A DNA stretch of 48,334 nucleotides from Pedosphaera sp. (GTDB lineage: Bacteria > Verrucomicrobiota > Verrucomicrobiia > Limisphaerales > SIBH01): the NCBI GenBank assembly GCA_031414955.1, contig JANOQV010000011.1:1-48334 (forward strand). The letters run 5' to 3'. Within the stretch, counting starts at the first letter, position 1; every line of letters starts with the position of its first letter. A program made the translations under genes and the position numbers. Positions 27,297 through 40,092 of this stretch are shown here, piece by piece. The notes beneath the pieces are model-generated. The model saw nothing but the letters and a program-made list of their open reading frames with translations, searched no databases and was not told the DNA's origin.

Positions 27297-27507
27297 AGTG
27301 TGTCCTTTGGGATTGATTTGCTTCGCCTGGATTCAATTGCGGGCCAGAATGGTTGTCAATTAGGGCGTTGATCATTTCTGATTCCTTACTTTCACACCGT
27401 CCGTTTGGTCGGTCATCCGACAAACGGACTTCAGCACTTTGTCAAAGCCTCGCCCCTGGGCATGGTTTCGGAGTTGCGAACCCGGAAGGAAAAACCACAA
27501 TCATGGC

Positions 27508-28773
27508 ATGACAGCCCAATACCTGCTTCCCGTGTTTTCATTGCTCGCCGCCAATGCGATGGCCGCCCACTGGCCCGGCTTCCGTCATGACGGCTCCGGC
27601 ATCGCCGCCGAGAAGACCGCGCCGGTGAAATGGAGCGCGACCGAAAACATCCGCTGGCGCTCGCCTCTGCCGGGCAAAGGCAATTCCTCACCCATCGTCT
27701 GGGGGAACAAGGTGTTGGTCGCGCAGAGCGACGGGGATCGGCGCGCGGTGATGTGTTTCGACCGCGCGAATGGAAAAGTACTCTGGCAGCAGGGCGTGGC
27801 CTACGCGGAGAAGGAGGAGACCCACGAGACCAATCCCTATGCCTCCGCCACGCCGGTGACGGATGGCACGCACGTCATTGCCTGGTTTGGTTCGGCGGGC
27901 GTGGTTTGCCTCGACCTCGATGGCAAGGAGCTTTGGCGGCGCGACCTTGGGAAGCAGAAGCACCAATGGGGCTACGGCAGTTCGCCGATTCTGCATGGCG
28001 ACTTGTGCATTCTCTATTTCGGTCCCGGCCCGCGCAGCTTCCTCACGGCGCTGAACAAGAACACGGGCAAAACCGTATGGCAGGTGGAAGCGCCGGAGAA
28101 GCATCCGGCGGAACGCTTCGATGGTTTTGCGGGCAAGGGCGATGGCGTGATGGGTTCATGGAGCACGCCGCTGATCGTGAAGACGCCGCCGCGCGAGGAA
28201 GTCGTGATGACCTTCGCCAACGAGATGAAAGGCTTTGATCCAAAGACGGGCAAAGAGTTGTGGAAGACGGACGGATTGAATCCACTGCTCTACACGTCGC
28301 CGCTGGCGGGCGAAGGCTACGTGGTGGGCTTGGGCGGCTATTTCGGCGGCAGCGTGGCGGTGAAGTTGGGCGGCAACGGGGACTTGTCCGCACAGAAGGT
28401 CTGGTCGGTGAAGCGCGAGAAGCGGCATCTGCTCAGTTCCGGCGTGATCAAGAACGGCCACATTTTCATCAGCAACACTATCGGCGTGAGCGAGTGCCGT
28501 GAACTGGCGACGGGCAAGCAGATTTGGGAGGAGCGGCTCAAGGCCACGGCGGCGAATGGCGAGACGTGGGGTTCGATGATTCTCGTGGGCGACAAACTCT
28601 ACGTCGTGAACCAGTCCGGCGACACGTTCGTGCTGCGCGCGAATCCAAGGCAGTTCGAGTTGCTCGCCACCAATCCGCTCAAGGAGCCGTGCAACACCAC
28701 GCCAGCCGTTTCCGATGGCGAACTGTTCATCCGCACGCACCAGGCTCTCTGGTGCATCAGCGAGAAGAAGTAG
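27508..28773 (+). CDS. PQQ-like (BamB-type) beta-propeller protein
   Basis: Signal peptide followed by HWPGFR, NIRWRSPLPGKGNSSPIVWG and repeated GK.LW blades, ending TPAVSDGELFIRT. Confidence 0.88.
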   Translation: MTAQYLLPVFSLLAANAMAAHWPGFRHDGSGIAAEKTAPVKWSATENIRWRSPLPGKGNSSPIVWGNKVLVAQSDGDRRAVMCFDRANGKVLWQQGVAYAEKEETHETNPYASATPVTDGTHVIAWFGSAGVVCLDLDGKELWRRDLGKQKHQWGYGSSPILHGDLCILYFGPGPRSFLTALNKNTGKTVWQVEAPEKHPAERFDGFAGKGDGVMGSWSTPLIVKTPPREEVVMTFANEMKGFDPKTGKELWKTDGLNPLLYTSPLAGEGYVVGLGGYFGGSVAVKLGGNGDLSAQKVWSVKREKRHLLSSGVIKNGHIFISNTIGVSECRELATGKQIWEERLKATAANGETWGSMILVGDKLYVVNQSGDTFVLRANPRQFELLATNPLKEPCNTTPAVSDGELFIRTHQALWCISEKK

Positions 28774-28825
28774 GGCGACACCTGGGACAGGAAGCCAGCG
28801 CGAGAAAAAGATTTCGACTTTGTTG

Positions 28826-29017
28826 TTAGAAAATCCCCCAGCTGTTTCGGGCCAGCTCCAGTTCGTAATAACATTGTTTAGTTTGCCACCTGGCTGCGAC
28901 CACCTCCAGGCAGACTGCCTCGGTCAAAAGGGGTTTTCCAAACATCGTGCGCAACAACTCCAGCCGCCCAATACGGGCGAGGGTGATGAGTGGTGAGGTA
29001 TCCGCCACGACGATCAT
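28826..29017 (-). pseudogene. Truncated DUF3368-like PIN toxin, paralog of 44785-45264
   Basis: MIVVADTSPLITLARIGRLELLRTMFGKPLLTEAV.LEVVAA. Homology ends near 28890. Confidence 0.85.
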
Positions 29018-29270
29018 GCGCTGCGCTAGGCTGCCCGTGTTTCCCGGTCATCCCGCGCGTCGGCCGCGTCGTAGGGCGGGCCCAGATGGCGCGTTCCCAA
29101 GTGCATCTGGAATTCAGCCAGCGGCAGAGCGGCCAGTTCGGCGGCTTGGCCCGCGCAGGGCGGTGGGCGACGAAGAGCGCGAGCGTCAGTTCCAGCTTCG
29201 CAGCGGCGACCTTCATGCGCGCTGATTCCAGGATGCCACGGGATATTTCGAAACTCAGGGTCGCAGTCAG
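29014..29270 (-). pseudogene. Frameshifted UPF0175-like antitoxin, paralog of 45261-45518
   Basis: Collinear with 45261-45518. The start ATG has become CTG and there is a 1-bp deletion near 29150. Confidence 0.85.
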
Positions 29271-29455
29271 GCTCAGCCCCTACATCATGCGCCGGCCATA
29301 CCCAGAAGCAAAAGTCACCGCAGCTTTCTGGAGCACCGGGCTTTTGAGCATGTCCTCAGCATTCATTCACTCTCTTGGGACAAGACGAATGGAATCGGAA
29401 CTCTCCACCAGACGACAGCGAGGTTTATGCAAGTCTGGGTTGTTTCCAGATTGGA

Positions 29456-31753
29456 TCAGCCCCGACTGCCGCCGTTGCCTGGCTTTCTTTGGGCCCTGCG
29501 GCCGGTCGGTTGCTGATGTGAGGATGGGATCGGTCTTCGCTGGCCGCCACCTTGACGGGGTTCCGGTGCGCGGCCCCGCGGTGCAGGGGCAGGGCGACGG
29601 TTGTCGGGTTTTCTTTGTTCCATGCGGCCTCGCGTTCCGAGGGCGGGGCGTTCGCGGCCGGTGCGCGTGAGCCGGAAATCCACCTGCTTCTTGAACGAGT
29701 TCACGTTCGCGATCTGCACTTCCACCTTGTCGCCGAGGCGGATGATGCGGCGGGTGCGCCGGCCGATGAGGTGATTGCGCGCTGGCTCGAAGATGTAGAA
29801 GTCGTCCTCCATCGTCGAGAGCGGCACGAGTCCACTCATGCTCAGGTCGGGCACATCGACGAAGAAGCCCATGTTGCGCACGTCGGTCACGAGCGCGGCG
29901 TAACGCTGCGGTTGGCCGGACGCAAGCTGTGCCTTGAGGAAGGCGAACATCTTCACGTCTTTGCTGTCGCGCTCGGCGTCGGCGGAATTGCGCTCGGTGT
30001 CGGAAATATGATCGGCGGTTTGCTTGAGTGAATGCGTGGGGCCGTGGCTGCTCTGGAAGAGCGCGCGATGCACCACGAGGTCGGCGTAGCGGCGGATGGG
30101 TGAGGTGAAGTGCGTGTATTTCTTCTTCGCCAGACCGTAATGACCAAGCGGTTCGACGGCGTAGCGGGCGCGCATGAGCGAGCGAAGGAAGCCAATCTTC
30201 AGCGCCTGGCCGATGGGGATCGTGCCGAGCTTGTGCAGCAGCCTTTGCACTTCCTGGCGGTTGCGCAGGTTTCCGCACGGCACGTTGTGGCTGAGAACAT
30301 CCTCGCGATATTCCTGGATGCGCCTTTCGTCCGGCTCCTCGTGAACGCGGTAAATGGCCTTTTGATTCTGGCTCATGAGCCGTGTGGCCACGGCTTCGTT
30401 GGCCAGCAACATGCACTCCTCGATCAGTTGATGGGAAACGTCGTTTACCACCCGCTCGATGCGCGCGACACGGCCGCGTTCGTCGAGGCGAATCTTGGTT
30501 TCGGGAAAATCGAGTTCAAGCGAGCCGGCCTTGAAGCGCAGGCGGCGGATGCGCTGGGTCAGCGCGTTGGCGTCATGCAGCATCTGCTCGATGGGATTGG
30601 CCGGCGGACGTTGCAGAAGCTCAAAAACTTCCTTGTAGCTGAAGCGGCGCTGGGAATGGATGACCGCGGCGTAGAACTTGGTGCTCAGCACGCGTCCGTC
30701 GTCCGAGATCAGGAACTCCACGCACTTGGTCAGGCGATCTACATTTGGCTTGAGCGAGCACAGCTCGTTGCTCAAGGCCTCGGGCAGCATCGGAATCACC
30801 CGGTCCACCAGGTAGGTCGAGTTGCCGCGCTTGCGCGCTTCGTCGTCGAGCGGCGTGCCGGGCTTCACGTAGTGCGACACGTCCGCGATGTGGACCCACA
30901 GCTTCCATTGCTCGGGCGAGACGCGTTGCAGGCAGATGGCATCGTCAAAATCCTTTGCGTCGTCGGGATCGATCGTGACGACTTGATCGCGGCGGCAATC
31001 GGTGCGGCCGGCCAGTTCCTGCGGGCGCACTTCGCTGCCGATGGCGCGGGCGTCGTGCAACACGTTCTTGGGGAAGTGGAGCGCGAGGTTGTACTGGCGC
31101 AGCACTGAAAGCATATCGACGCCTTCTTCGTCCGGCGCCCCAAGCACTTCGATGATCTCGCCTTCCGGATTGGTATTGCGTGATTCCCATTCCTGCAACT
31201 CGACCACCACCTTGTCGCCGATTTGTGCGGGCCGCCCGACATCGCGCGGCTCCGGCACGTAAATGTCGTGGGGCATGCGCGGGTCATCGGGGACCACGAG
31301 CAGAAACTGCCGGCTGCGTTGCAGCGTGCCGACGATCTGGGTGCGCTTGCGTTGCAGAATGCGGATGACCGTGCCGGAATTTTCCACTGCTGTTCCCGGT
31401 CGTGAACTCCTCCGCGGGCTGTCGCGCCGCACCAGCACATGATCCTCGTGCAAGGCCGTGCCGGTCGCGTTTTCCGGGATGGCGATCTCCTTCAGGGCCG
31501 GATCATCGGGCTGGAGGAAACCTTTGCCGGAGCGGTTCATTCGGATCTTCCCCGGAATCAAATCCGCCTCGCGCGGCTCGATGTAGCGGTTGCCCTTGGT
31601 GCGGACGACCGCGCCCGATTGCTCCAGCCCACGCAAGACTCGTTGCAGTTCCTGCTGCTGGTTCGCGGGCAGGTGAAGCTGGGTGAGCAACTCGGGGACG
31701 TTCAAAGGGACGTAGTCCTTTCGCCGGAGCAATTCCAAAATCTTCTCTTCCAT
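29456..31753 (-). CDS. rnr: Ribonuclease R
   Basis: TIDPDDAKDFDDA catalytic motif, HIADVSHYV, YTHFTSPIRRYADL, an S1 domain and a basic tail. Start taken as MEEKILELL. Confidence 0.95.
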   Translation of the reverse strand: MEEKILELLRRKDYVPLNVPELLTQLHLPANQQQELQRVLRGLEQSGAVVRTKGNRYIEPREADLIPGKIRMNRSGKGFLQPDDPALKEIAIPENATGTALHEDHVLVRRDSPRRSSRPGTAVENSGTVIRILQRKRTQIVGTLQRSRQFLLVVPDDPRMPHDIYVPEPRDVGRPAQIGDKVVVELQEWESRNTNPEGEIIEVLGAPDEEGVDMLSVLRQYNLALHFPKNVLHDARAIGSEVRPQELAGRTDCRRDQVVTIDPDDAKDFDDAICLQRVSPEQWKLWVHIADVSHYVKPGTPLDDEARKRGNSTYLVDRVIPMLPEALSNELCSLKPNVDRLTKCVEFLISDDGRVLSTKFYAAVIHSQRRFSYKEVFELLQRPPANPIEQMLHDANALTQRIRRLRFKAGSLELDFPETKIRLDERGRVARIERVVNDVSHQLIEECMLLANEAVATRLMSQNQKAIYRVHEEPDERRIQEYREDVLSHNVPCGNLRNRQEVQRLLHKLGTIPIGQALKIGFLRSLMRARYAVEPLGHYGLAKKKYTHFTSPIRRYADLVVHRALFQSSHGPTHSLKQTADHISDTERNSADAERDSKDVKMFAFLKAQLASGQPQRYAALVTDVRNMGFFVDVPDLSMSGLVPLSTMEDDFYIFEPARNHLIGRRTRRIIRLGDKVEVQIANVNSFKKQVDFRLTRTGRERPALGTRGRMEQRKPDNRRPAPAPRGRAPEPRQGGGQRRPIPSSHQQPTGRRAQRKPGNGGSRG

Positions 31754-31898
31754 AAAATTCCAACTGGTGTGGCCGGAAACAGAATTTGGCGCGGTTGCGG
31801 TTTGACTCTGCGGAGCCTGCGCCCTCAAGGTCGCGGCCACTTGCGGAGAAACTTACATTCCGCCGGTGAGTCAACGACAGATCAAACGACAGATTATT

Positions 31899-32024
31899 AT
31901 GGGCGACAAATCACCGAAGGCCGTGAACAAGAAGTCCTCGCAGAAGAATTCCAAGGCCAGCGCGGCCGACCAGAAGAAGAATCAGGCCGTCGCCGCCAAG
32001 AGCGCCGCCGCCAAGAAACGCTGA
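31899..32024 (+). CDS. 41-aa Lys/Ala-rich small protein, below the ORF-track cutoff
   Basis: MGDKSPKAVNKKSSQKNSKASAADQKKNQAVAAKSAAAKKR*, with strongly GC3-biased codons like the core genes. Confidence 0.6.
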   Translation: MGDKSPKAVNKKSSQKNSKASAADQKKNQAVAAKSAAAKKR

Positions 32025-32156
32025 CCAGCCCTTCCCATTCCAATGAGCGCCGCAATGATGATTCGTTGCGGCGCGTTTGCTTTAGTCTGCGGGGCGGCAC
32101 TGTATTTTGCGATTCGGGCTTTGAACCGGCCCCGAGGACTTCCATAGTCCCGTCAC

Positions 32157-32387
32157 ATGGGTAAATCCAAAATATCGGCGACCGGCGGCGGCTACCTCGG
32201 CGAAACAATGGTCCACAGGATTTCACGCGCAGTGGGCGTCGTGGAGAGTGTGGTCGAGGCCCAGGCTGGCTGGCCGCCGCAGATCACTTTGAAACTGAAG
32301 GATGGCTCCGTGAAGAAGGGCAGGTTGAGCGATTTCCGGGAACCGAGCGCTTCGGAGCGAAAAGCGATCACGGTCGAACAAGCCTGA
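32157..32387 (+). CDS. Small hypothetical protein
   Basis: 76-aa ATG ORF with typical codon usage, filling the gap before bioB. Confidence 0.5.
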   Translation: MGKSKISATGGGYLGETMVHRISRAVGVVESVVEAQAGWPPQITLKLKDGSVKKGRLSDFREPSASERKAITVEQA

Positions 32388-32593
32388 ACCGCGAGTGGCC
32401 AGGCATCAGCCAAGAGGCGTGGTCGGCAAGGTCGCATGGCTGGTGCGGCGCAGGCTCTTTCCGATGCTCGCCGCTCAGGATGATGAGTCCTGGATGCGCC
32501 CTGATTTTTCCGCCGGCCGTCATTTCCATTTACAACCGCACTCCCGGTGAGCATTTTCTTCGCGCCGTTCTGCACCAGGACGGATTGACGCCA

Positions 32594-33607
32594 ATGACTG
32601 ACACTGTTCGCCACGACTGGACTCGCGACGAGATTCGCGCGATCTATCACGCGCCGCTGCTCGACCTTGTTTATCGAGCTGCAACCGTTTATCGCGCCCA
32701 TCACAACTCGCGCGAGATGCAGGTGTGCAAGCTCATCTCCATCAAGACCGGCGCCTGCCCGGAGGATTGTTCCTACTGCGCCCAGTCGTCGCGCTACGAA
32801 ACGGACATCACCCCGCAGGCGTTGTTGAAAAAGGAATCGGTCATGGAAATCGCCGCGCGCGCCAAAGCCAGCGGAGTGTCGCGCGTGTGCATGGGGGCGG
32901 CCTGGCGCGAGGTGAAGGACGGTCCGCAGTTTGATCGCGTGGTGGACATGGTGCGGTCGGTCACGGACACGGGCCTGGAAGTTTGCTGCACGCTTGGCAT
33001 GTTGAGCGAAGGCCAGGCCAAACGCCTCGAAGAGGCCGGCCTTTACGCTTACAACCACAACGTGGATTCCTCGGCGGAATTCTACGAGACCATCATCACC
33101 ACGCGCACCTATGCGGACCGGTTGAAAACCATCGAGAACGTGCGCCAGACGAACGTCACCGTCTGCTGCGGCGGGATTATCGGACTCGGTGAAGGCATCG
33201 AGGATCGTGTCGGCATGTTGCACACCATCGCCACCATGCAGCCGCAGCCGGAGTCGGTGCCAATCAACATCCTCTCCAAAGTTCCCGGCACGCCAATGGC
33301 CGACAATCCCGACGTGCCGTTCTGGGAAGTGCTGCGGATGATCGCGACCACGCGCATCGTGGTGCCGCGTTCCGATGTCCGCCTGACCGCCGGTCGCGCG
33401 AAACTCTCCGATGTGGAACAGGCCTTTTGTTTCTTCGCCGGCGCGAACTCAATCTTCTCCAGCGAGACACAGACCATGCTCACCAAGGCCGTGCCTTCGC
33501 CGAGCTACGATGCGGACAAACAATTGCTCGACCTGCTCGGTCTGACCATGCGCGAGCCATTTCAATCCACGCCGAACGCGCGCCAGGAACAGTTGTCGCC
33601 CGTTTAA
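32594..33607 (+). CDS. bioB: Biotin synthase
   Basis: [16 protein letters not shown] radical SAM CxxxCxxC motif, [17 protein letters not shown] and ESVPIN. Confidence 0.95.
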   Translation: MTDTVRHDWTRDEIRAIYHAPLLDLVYRAATVYRAHHNSREMQVCKLISIKTGACPEDCSYCAQSSRYETDITPQALLKKESVMEIAARAKASGVSRVCMGAAWREVKDGPQFDRVVDMVRSVTDTGLEVCCTLGMLSEGQAKRLEEAGLYAYNHNVDSSAEFYETIITTRTYADRLKTIENVRQTNVTVCCGGIIGLGEGIEDRVGMLHTIATMQPQPESVPINILSKVPGTPMADNPDVPFWEVLRMIATTRIVVPRSDVRLTAGRAKLSDVEQAFCFFAGANSIFSSETQTMLTKAVPSPSYDADKQLLDLLGLTMREPFQSTPNARQEQLSPV

Positions 33608-33719
33608 GCAGCACGAGCAGGCCCCCCGTCCCTTCCGTCACACGCCAGCCGTCTGCCAGGATTACCGATCCCCCTGCGGGGCAGGGGAGCGCCCACAATG
33701 CTTGGCTGGACATCTCCGA

Positions 33720-33753
33720 AAGCAAAAGAGGCAACTGGAGAACCAGTTGCCTC
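33720..33753 (-). terminator. Intrinsic terminator after fusA
   Basis: Perfect 11-bp stem GAGGCAACTGG-agaa-CCAGTTGCCTC at 33728-33753, followed by TTTTGCTTT on the minus strand. Confidence 0.75.
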
Positions 33754-33778
33754 GTGAAAGGGAAACAGCCCCGACGCG

Positions 33779-35974
33779 TTAGCTGCGCGCGGCCGGCTTC
33801 TTCGCCGCCTGGTCCAGAATGGTGGTCAGCACGCTGTTGGGCACCTGCTCGAACGAGCACGGTTCCATCGAGTAACTGGCGCGGCCCTTCGAGAGGGAGC
33901 GGATGGCCGTGGCGTAGCCGAACATTTCCGCGAGCGGCACCCGGGCGTTGACCGCCACCTGGCCGAACTTCGCATCAATGTTTTCGATGGCGCCACGTCG
34001 GCGGCTGATGTCGCCCACGATGTCGCCCTGGTATTCGCTGGGCGTGGTGGCTTCGACTTTCATGATCGGTTCGAGGATGATCGGGCCGGCCTTCTTGAAG
34101 GCGTCCTTGAGCGCGAAGATCCCAGCCATCTTGAAGGCCAGTTCGTTGGAATCGACTTCGTGGAAAGAGCCGTCCGTGACCTGCACCTTGATGTCGATGA
34201 CCTGATAGCCGGCATAGACGCCGCTCTTGATGGCTTCCTCGATGCCGTTGATGACCGCCGGGATGTATTCTTTGGGAATCGCGCCGCCGACAACCTTGTT
34301 CAACACCTCGACGCCCTTGCCTTTTTCATTGGGCTGGACGGTAACGAGGGCGTGGCCGTATTGGCCGCGACCGCCGGACTGGCGGATGAATTTGCCTTCG
34401 CCTTCGGCTTCCTTCGTGATCGTTTCGCGATAGGCGATTTGTGGCGCGCCTGTGTTGGCCTCGACTTTGAACTCGCGCTTCAAACGATCGACAATGATCT
34501 CCAGGTGCAACTCACCCATGCCAGCGATGATGAGTTGGCTCGTCTCCTCGTCGGTGAAGCAGCGGAACGTCGGGTCTTCTTCCGCCAGACGTTGCAAGCC
34601 TTCGGACATTTTTTCCTGGTCCTGCTTGGTCTTCGGCTCGACGGCCATGCTGATGACCGGTTCGGGGAAAGTCGGAGGTTCGAGCGCGACGTCGAAATCT
34701 TCGTCGCAGATCGTGTCGCCGGTGGTGATGTTGCGCAGACCGACGAGCGCGGCGATGTCGCCGGAGTAGGCGCAGTCCACGTCCTTGCGCTCGCTGCCCT
34801 GGATGATCATCAGGCGGCTGACGCGTTCGCGGCGGCGCGTGCGCGGGTTGTAAATGTTGTCGCCCTTCTTGAGCTGGCCGGAATAGACGCGGAAGAAGAC
34901 GAGCTTGCCTGCATACGGATCGGTCCAGAGCTTGAAGGCGAGCGAGCAGAACTTGGCGCGGTCGTCCGAGGCCACCGTGACCTTCGTCTCGGTGCCTGGT
35001 TCGTGGCCTTCAGCCTGCGGAATGTCAATCGGGCTGGGCAAATAGTCGATGACAGCATCGACCAGCACTTGCACGCCCTTCTTCTTGAAGGCGGAACCGC
35101 AGAGCACGGGCACCAGTTCAATCCGGCAGGTGAGGCGGCGGATGGCGGCCTTGAGCGAGAGGGTGTCAATGGGCTTCTCGGCCAGCACCATCTCGGCAAT
35201 CGTGTCGTCTTTGTTCGACACGGCGTCGATGAGTTCGGCGAGCGCGGCCACGGCGCGTTCCTTGTGCTCGGCCGGAATGTCGGTGACTTCGTAATTCAGT
35301 CCCTCGTTCTGCACGTCGCCCGGCCCCCACACGATGGCCTTCTGGCTCACCACGTCTATGACGCCGAGGAACTGATCCTCCGCGCCGATGGGCAGGAAAA
35401 TCGGGAAGGCATACGCGTTGAGCTTCTTGCGCATGTCGTTGAGCGCGTTGTCAAAGTTCGCGCCGGTGCGGTCCATCTTGTTGACGAAGGCGATGCGCGG
35501 GACTTTGTATTTCGTCGCCTGCCGCCAGACGGTCTCGGACTGCGGTTGCACGCCGGCCACGCCGCAGAACACGGCCACTGCACCGTCGAGCACGCGCATG
35601 GAGCGCTCCACCTCGGCCGTGAAATCCACATGGCCGGGCGTGTCGATGATGTTGATGCGATGGGGGAGATTCAGGTACGACTTGTTCAACTGGTCTTCGC
35701 CCGGCTTGGTGGCCTTCTGCGTCCAGTAGCACGTCACGGCGGCGGAGGTGATGGTGATGCCACGCTCGCGCTCCTGCTCCATCCAGTCGGTCACGGTGTT
35801 GCCGTCATCGACGTCGCCGATTTTGTGAATCAGGCCGGTGTAAAAAAGAATGCGCTCGGTCGTGGTCGTTTTGCCCGCGTCAATGTGCGCGGCGATGCCG
35901 ATGTTGCGCGTACGCTCCAGTGTATAAGCGCGGTTTGGTGAATTGAGCGGGTTGAGGATTGGTGCTTCAGCCAT
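33779..35974 (-). CDS. fusA: Elongation factor G
   Basis: Motifs [19 protein letters not shown] and NKMD, in its usual position after rpsL-rpsG. Confidence 0.97.
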   Translation of the reverse strand: MAEAPILNPLNSPNRAYTLERTRNIGIAAHIDAGKTTTTERILFYTGLIHKIGDVDDGNTVTDWMEQERERGITITSAAVTCYWTQKATKPGEDQLNKSYLNLPHRINIIDTPGHVDFTAEVERSMRVLDGAVAVFCGVAGVQPQSETVWRQATKYKVPRIAFVNKMDRTGANFDNALNDMRKKLNAYAFPIFLPIGAEDQFLGVIDVVSQKAIVWGPGDVQNEGLNYEVTDIPAEHKERAVAALAELIDAVSNKDDTIAEMVLAEKPIDTLSLKAAIRRLTCRIELVPVLCGSAFKKKGVQVLVDAVIDYLPSPIDIPQAEGHEPGTETKVTVASDDRAKFCSLAFKLWTDPYAGKLVFFRVYSGQLKKGDNIYNPRTRRRERVSRLMIIQGSERKDVDCAYSGDIAALVGLRNITTGDTICDEDFDVALEPPTFPEPVISMAVEPKTKQDQEKMSEGLQRLAEEDPTFRCFTDEETSQLIIAGMGELHLEIIVDRLKREFKVEANTGAPQIAYRETITKEAEGEGKFIRQSGGRGQYGHALVTVQPNEKGKGVEVLNKVVGGAIPKEYIPAVINGIEEAIKSGVYAGYQVIDIKVQVTDGSFHEVDSNELAFKMAGIFALKDAFKKAGPIILEPIMKVEATTPSEYQGDIVGDISRRRGAIENIDAKFGQVAVNARVPLAEMFGYATAIRSLSKGRASYSMEPCSFEQVPNSVLTTILDQAAKKPAARS

Positions 35975-36037
35975 AATTCAGATAATAAAAGCGCCCCGAT
36001 GGCTTCCGCTGTCGGGGCGCAGGTTGAAAAAAATTTT

Positions 36038-36511
36038 CTACCAGCGGAAGTGCGCGAAAGCTTTGTTCGCCTGGGCCATCTTATGCACTTCATCGCGCTT
36101 GCGGATGGCGTTGCCCTGGCCCTGATAGGCCTCCATGATTTCGGCGGCGAGGGCTTCCTTCATCGGCACACCCTTGCGGGCGTCGGCGAAATCCACCAGC
36201 CAGCGCATCGCGAGGGCGAGCTGGCGATCCACGGTGACTTCGAGCGGCACTTGATAGGTCGCACCGCCCACGCGGCGGGCTTTCACCTCGAGCCGCGGCT
36301 TGGCGTTGTCCACGGCGCGCTGGAGGATTTCCAACGGGCTGCTTTGGGGATTCTTCTCGGCGAGCTGGTCGAACGCACCATAGACGATGCGTTGGGCAGT
36401 GCTCTTCTTGCCGGAATTCATGACGGTGTTCACGAGGCGCGAGACGAGGGTGCTGTGGAACTTCGCGTCTTCGATCAAGGGTCTCTTATCAGCTTGGCGG
36501 CGGCGGGACAT
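36038..36511 (-). CDS. rpsG: 30S ribosomal protein S7
   Basis: KARRVGGATYQVP and AQANKAFAHFRW. Confidence 0.97.
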   Translation of the reverse strand: MSRRRQADKRPLIEDAKFHSTLVSRLVNTVMNSGKKSTAQRIVYGAFDQLAEKNPQSSPLEILQRAVDNAKPRLEVKARRVGGATYQVPLEVTVDRQLALAMRWLVDFADARKGVPMKEALAAEIMEAYQGQGNAIRKRDEVHKMAQANKAFAHFRW

Positions 36512-36552
36512 GGTTTCGTTAAAAGGTTAAGTGGGTTAAATCGCGGACAGGA

Positions 36553-36942
36553 TTACGCGGCCTTCTTGGCTTCCTTGGGCTTCTTCACGCCATACTTCGA
36601 ACGGCTGACGCGGCGCTTCTCCACGCCGGCGGCGTCAAGCGTGCCGCGCACGATGTGATAGCGCACGCCGGGCAGATCTTTCACCTTGCCCCCGCGTACG
36701 AGCACGATGGAGTGCTCCTGCAAATTGTGTCCCTCGTCCGGGATGTAGGCGATGATTTCATGGCCGTTGGTCAGGCGGATCTTGGCCACCTTGCGCATGG
36801 CTGAGTTGGGCTTCTTGGGCGTGCGCGTCATGACCTGAAGGCAGACGCCACGGCGGAACGGCGCATTCTCCAAGGCCGGTGACTTCGACTTGGTGCGAAC
36901 TTTATTACGCCCTTTTCGGACGAGTTGATTGATTGTCGGCAT
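36553..36942 (-). CDS. rpsL: 30S ribosomal protein S12
   Basis: [18 protein letters not shown] and DLPGVRYH. Confidence 0.97.
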   Translation of the reverse strand: MPTINQLVRKGRNKVRTKSKSPALENAPFRRGVCLQVMTRTPKKPNSAMRKVAKIRLTNGHEIIAYIPDEGHNLQEHSIVLVRGGKVKDLPGVRYHIVRGTLDAAGVEKRRVSRSKYGVKKPKEAKKAA

Positions 36943-36995
36943 TTGCTAAAGCGATTTATTCCGTCCACCCGGCTTGCCGGGAAACGGAGCCGGGA

Positions 36996-37023
36996 TATTT
37001 AGCAGAGGAGAAAGTCGTTGCAA
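36996..37023 (-). promoter_or_regulatory. Candidate sigma70 promoter of the str operon
   Basis: TTGCAA-16 nt-TAAATA, about 50 nt upstream of the rpsL start. Confidence 0.35.
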
Positions 37024-37108
37024 TAGCTATTTGAAGTTTTTTGGGCCGGCCGTGTGCGCAGGCTGATGTGATTGGGCATTTCCGCCACATCATTTCTCAC
37101 TGCAGCGT

Positions 37109-38522
<1,414 letters not shown>

Positions 38523-38533
<11 letters not shown>

Positions 38534-39941
38534 GTTCGGTGACTCGGGGGAGCACGACCTCGAAGGTGGTGCCGCGGTTCAGGTGGGTTTCGTAGCGCAA
38601 TTCGCCGCCGTGCTTTTCCACGATCCGCGCGGCGGTGGGCAGGCCGAGGCCGGTCCCGCCGTCCTTGGTGGTGAAGAAGGGATCGAAGAGTCGCTTCTGG
38701 ACTTCCTCGGGGATGCCCTTGCCCGTGTCCGTGATGGAGATAATCGCCGCCGGCCTGTTCTCGCCCGTGAGATAGGCCTCATCGCCAGAAACGCGGAAAG
38801 TGATGGTGCCGTCGCGTCCGATGCTCTCGGCGGCGTTTTGCACCAGGTTGATCAGGACCTGCTTGAGCTGCTGCGGGTCAGCCCGCACCCAGCCGTCATC
38901 CATCGTCTCGAATTTCACCTCAATGGCCGCCTTGTCCAGCGGGGCGCGGAGCAGTGCGTGGACCTGCTCAATGAGGCGCGCGGCCGGGAGGTTGACCAGT
39001 TCGGGATCGGAGGGCCGGGCGAATTGCAGAAAATCTTTCACGATGCGCTCCAGGCGGTTGATCTCGTCGGCGATGACGGTGGTGTCCTCGTTGTCGGCCA
39101 TGGCGACGGGCAGGGATTTCTTAAGGCTGAAGAGGCGGAACTTGATCGCGGTGAGCGGGTTCCGGATCTCATGGGCCACGCCCGCGGCCAGACCGCCGAG
39201 TGCCGCGAGCTTTTCTTGGCGGAGCATGGCCGCCTGGCTCTCGGTGAGCTTGAGTTGCAAGGGCGCGATCATGCCGCGATAGACCAGCACCACCACCGAG
39301 ACGGCCAGGGTGACCAGGAGGACGAGCGAGACCAGGATAAGGTGCTGGAGCGAGTCGAGCGTGCTTTGCGACTGGGTGAAGAAGCCGTTGAAACTCTGGC
39401 GCTGCACTTCCATCAGCCGGTCGGCCTGCTCCAGGACGGGCGCGGAAATCTGGCGCAGCTTCTGGTTGATTTCATCGAGCCGGGTTTGCGGCAGGAGGCT
39501 GATGGCCGGCCGCTTGGGCAACTCCGCCGCTTCCTGCACATAGTTCGCAAAGTCCACTTCGATCTGGTGAAACAAGGCCAGTTCCTGCGGGGAGTCGGCG
39601 TCGTCGCGGCGGGCGATAATCCAGGCGTTGAACTCTTCCGTGCCGGCTTGAAACCGTCGCAGGTCTCCTTCGTCGCCCTTGAGATGGAAGCGGAACAAAT
39701 CTTCATTCAACTGTTTGAGCGAGGCACGGATCTGCACGGCATTGTAGAACCGCTCGGTCTTGATCGCGGCGAAGTCGCGCTCCAGTTGCTTGACTCGTTG
39801 CCACACGCTGGTGTCGATGCGTCCGATGAGGAACGCGCCCAGTGCCACCGCCGCCACGAACCCGACCACGCGCCAGCGCAATGGAAAGCCTAATGGGGCG
39901 AGTTGCCGGAGCCTGGGCTTGGTATAATTTGTTCCACTCAT
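38523..39941 (-). CDS. Membrane sensor histidine kinase
   Basis: Two TM segments, AHEIRNPL H-box, and N/G1/F/G2 boxes (NLVQNA, DTGKGI, FDPFFTTK, GTGLGL). Start taken at MSGTNY. Confidence 0.92.
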
Positions 39942-40010
39942 GGTGCTGTGCCGAACTGCCTCGAATGTAAATCGCCTCGTTTTCGCCTGAATCCCGCGCG
40001 GCCGACGCGC

Positions 40011-40026
40011 TGGCATGGCTCACGCT
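40011..40026 (+). promoter_or_regulatory. Candidate sigma54 -24/-12 promoter
   Basis: TGGCATGGCTCACGCT has GG-N10-GC spacing. It is divergent from the HK/NtrC genes and upstream of the plus-strand cluster. Confidence 0.4.
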
Positions 40027-40092
40027 CTCGTTCTTGCGCGTATCTAGCTGGTTCTGTGCGAGCCGCCAAACTGTTCCACAGGACCGGAGCCT

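Noticed and set aside
25498..27345. TTCAATTGCG shared on both sides of the ankyrin gene
   Set aside because: Only about 10 bp match, too short to call a flanking repeat.
28860..28888. dif-like AT-rich site at the toxin truncation point
   Set aside because: The XerD arm matches TTATGTTAAAT poorly.
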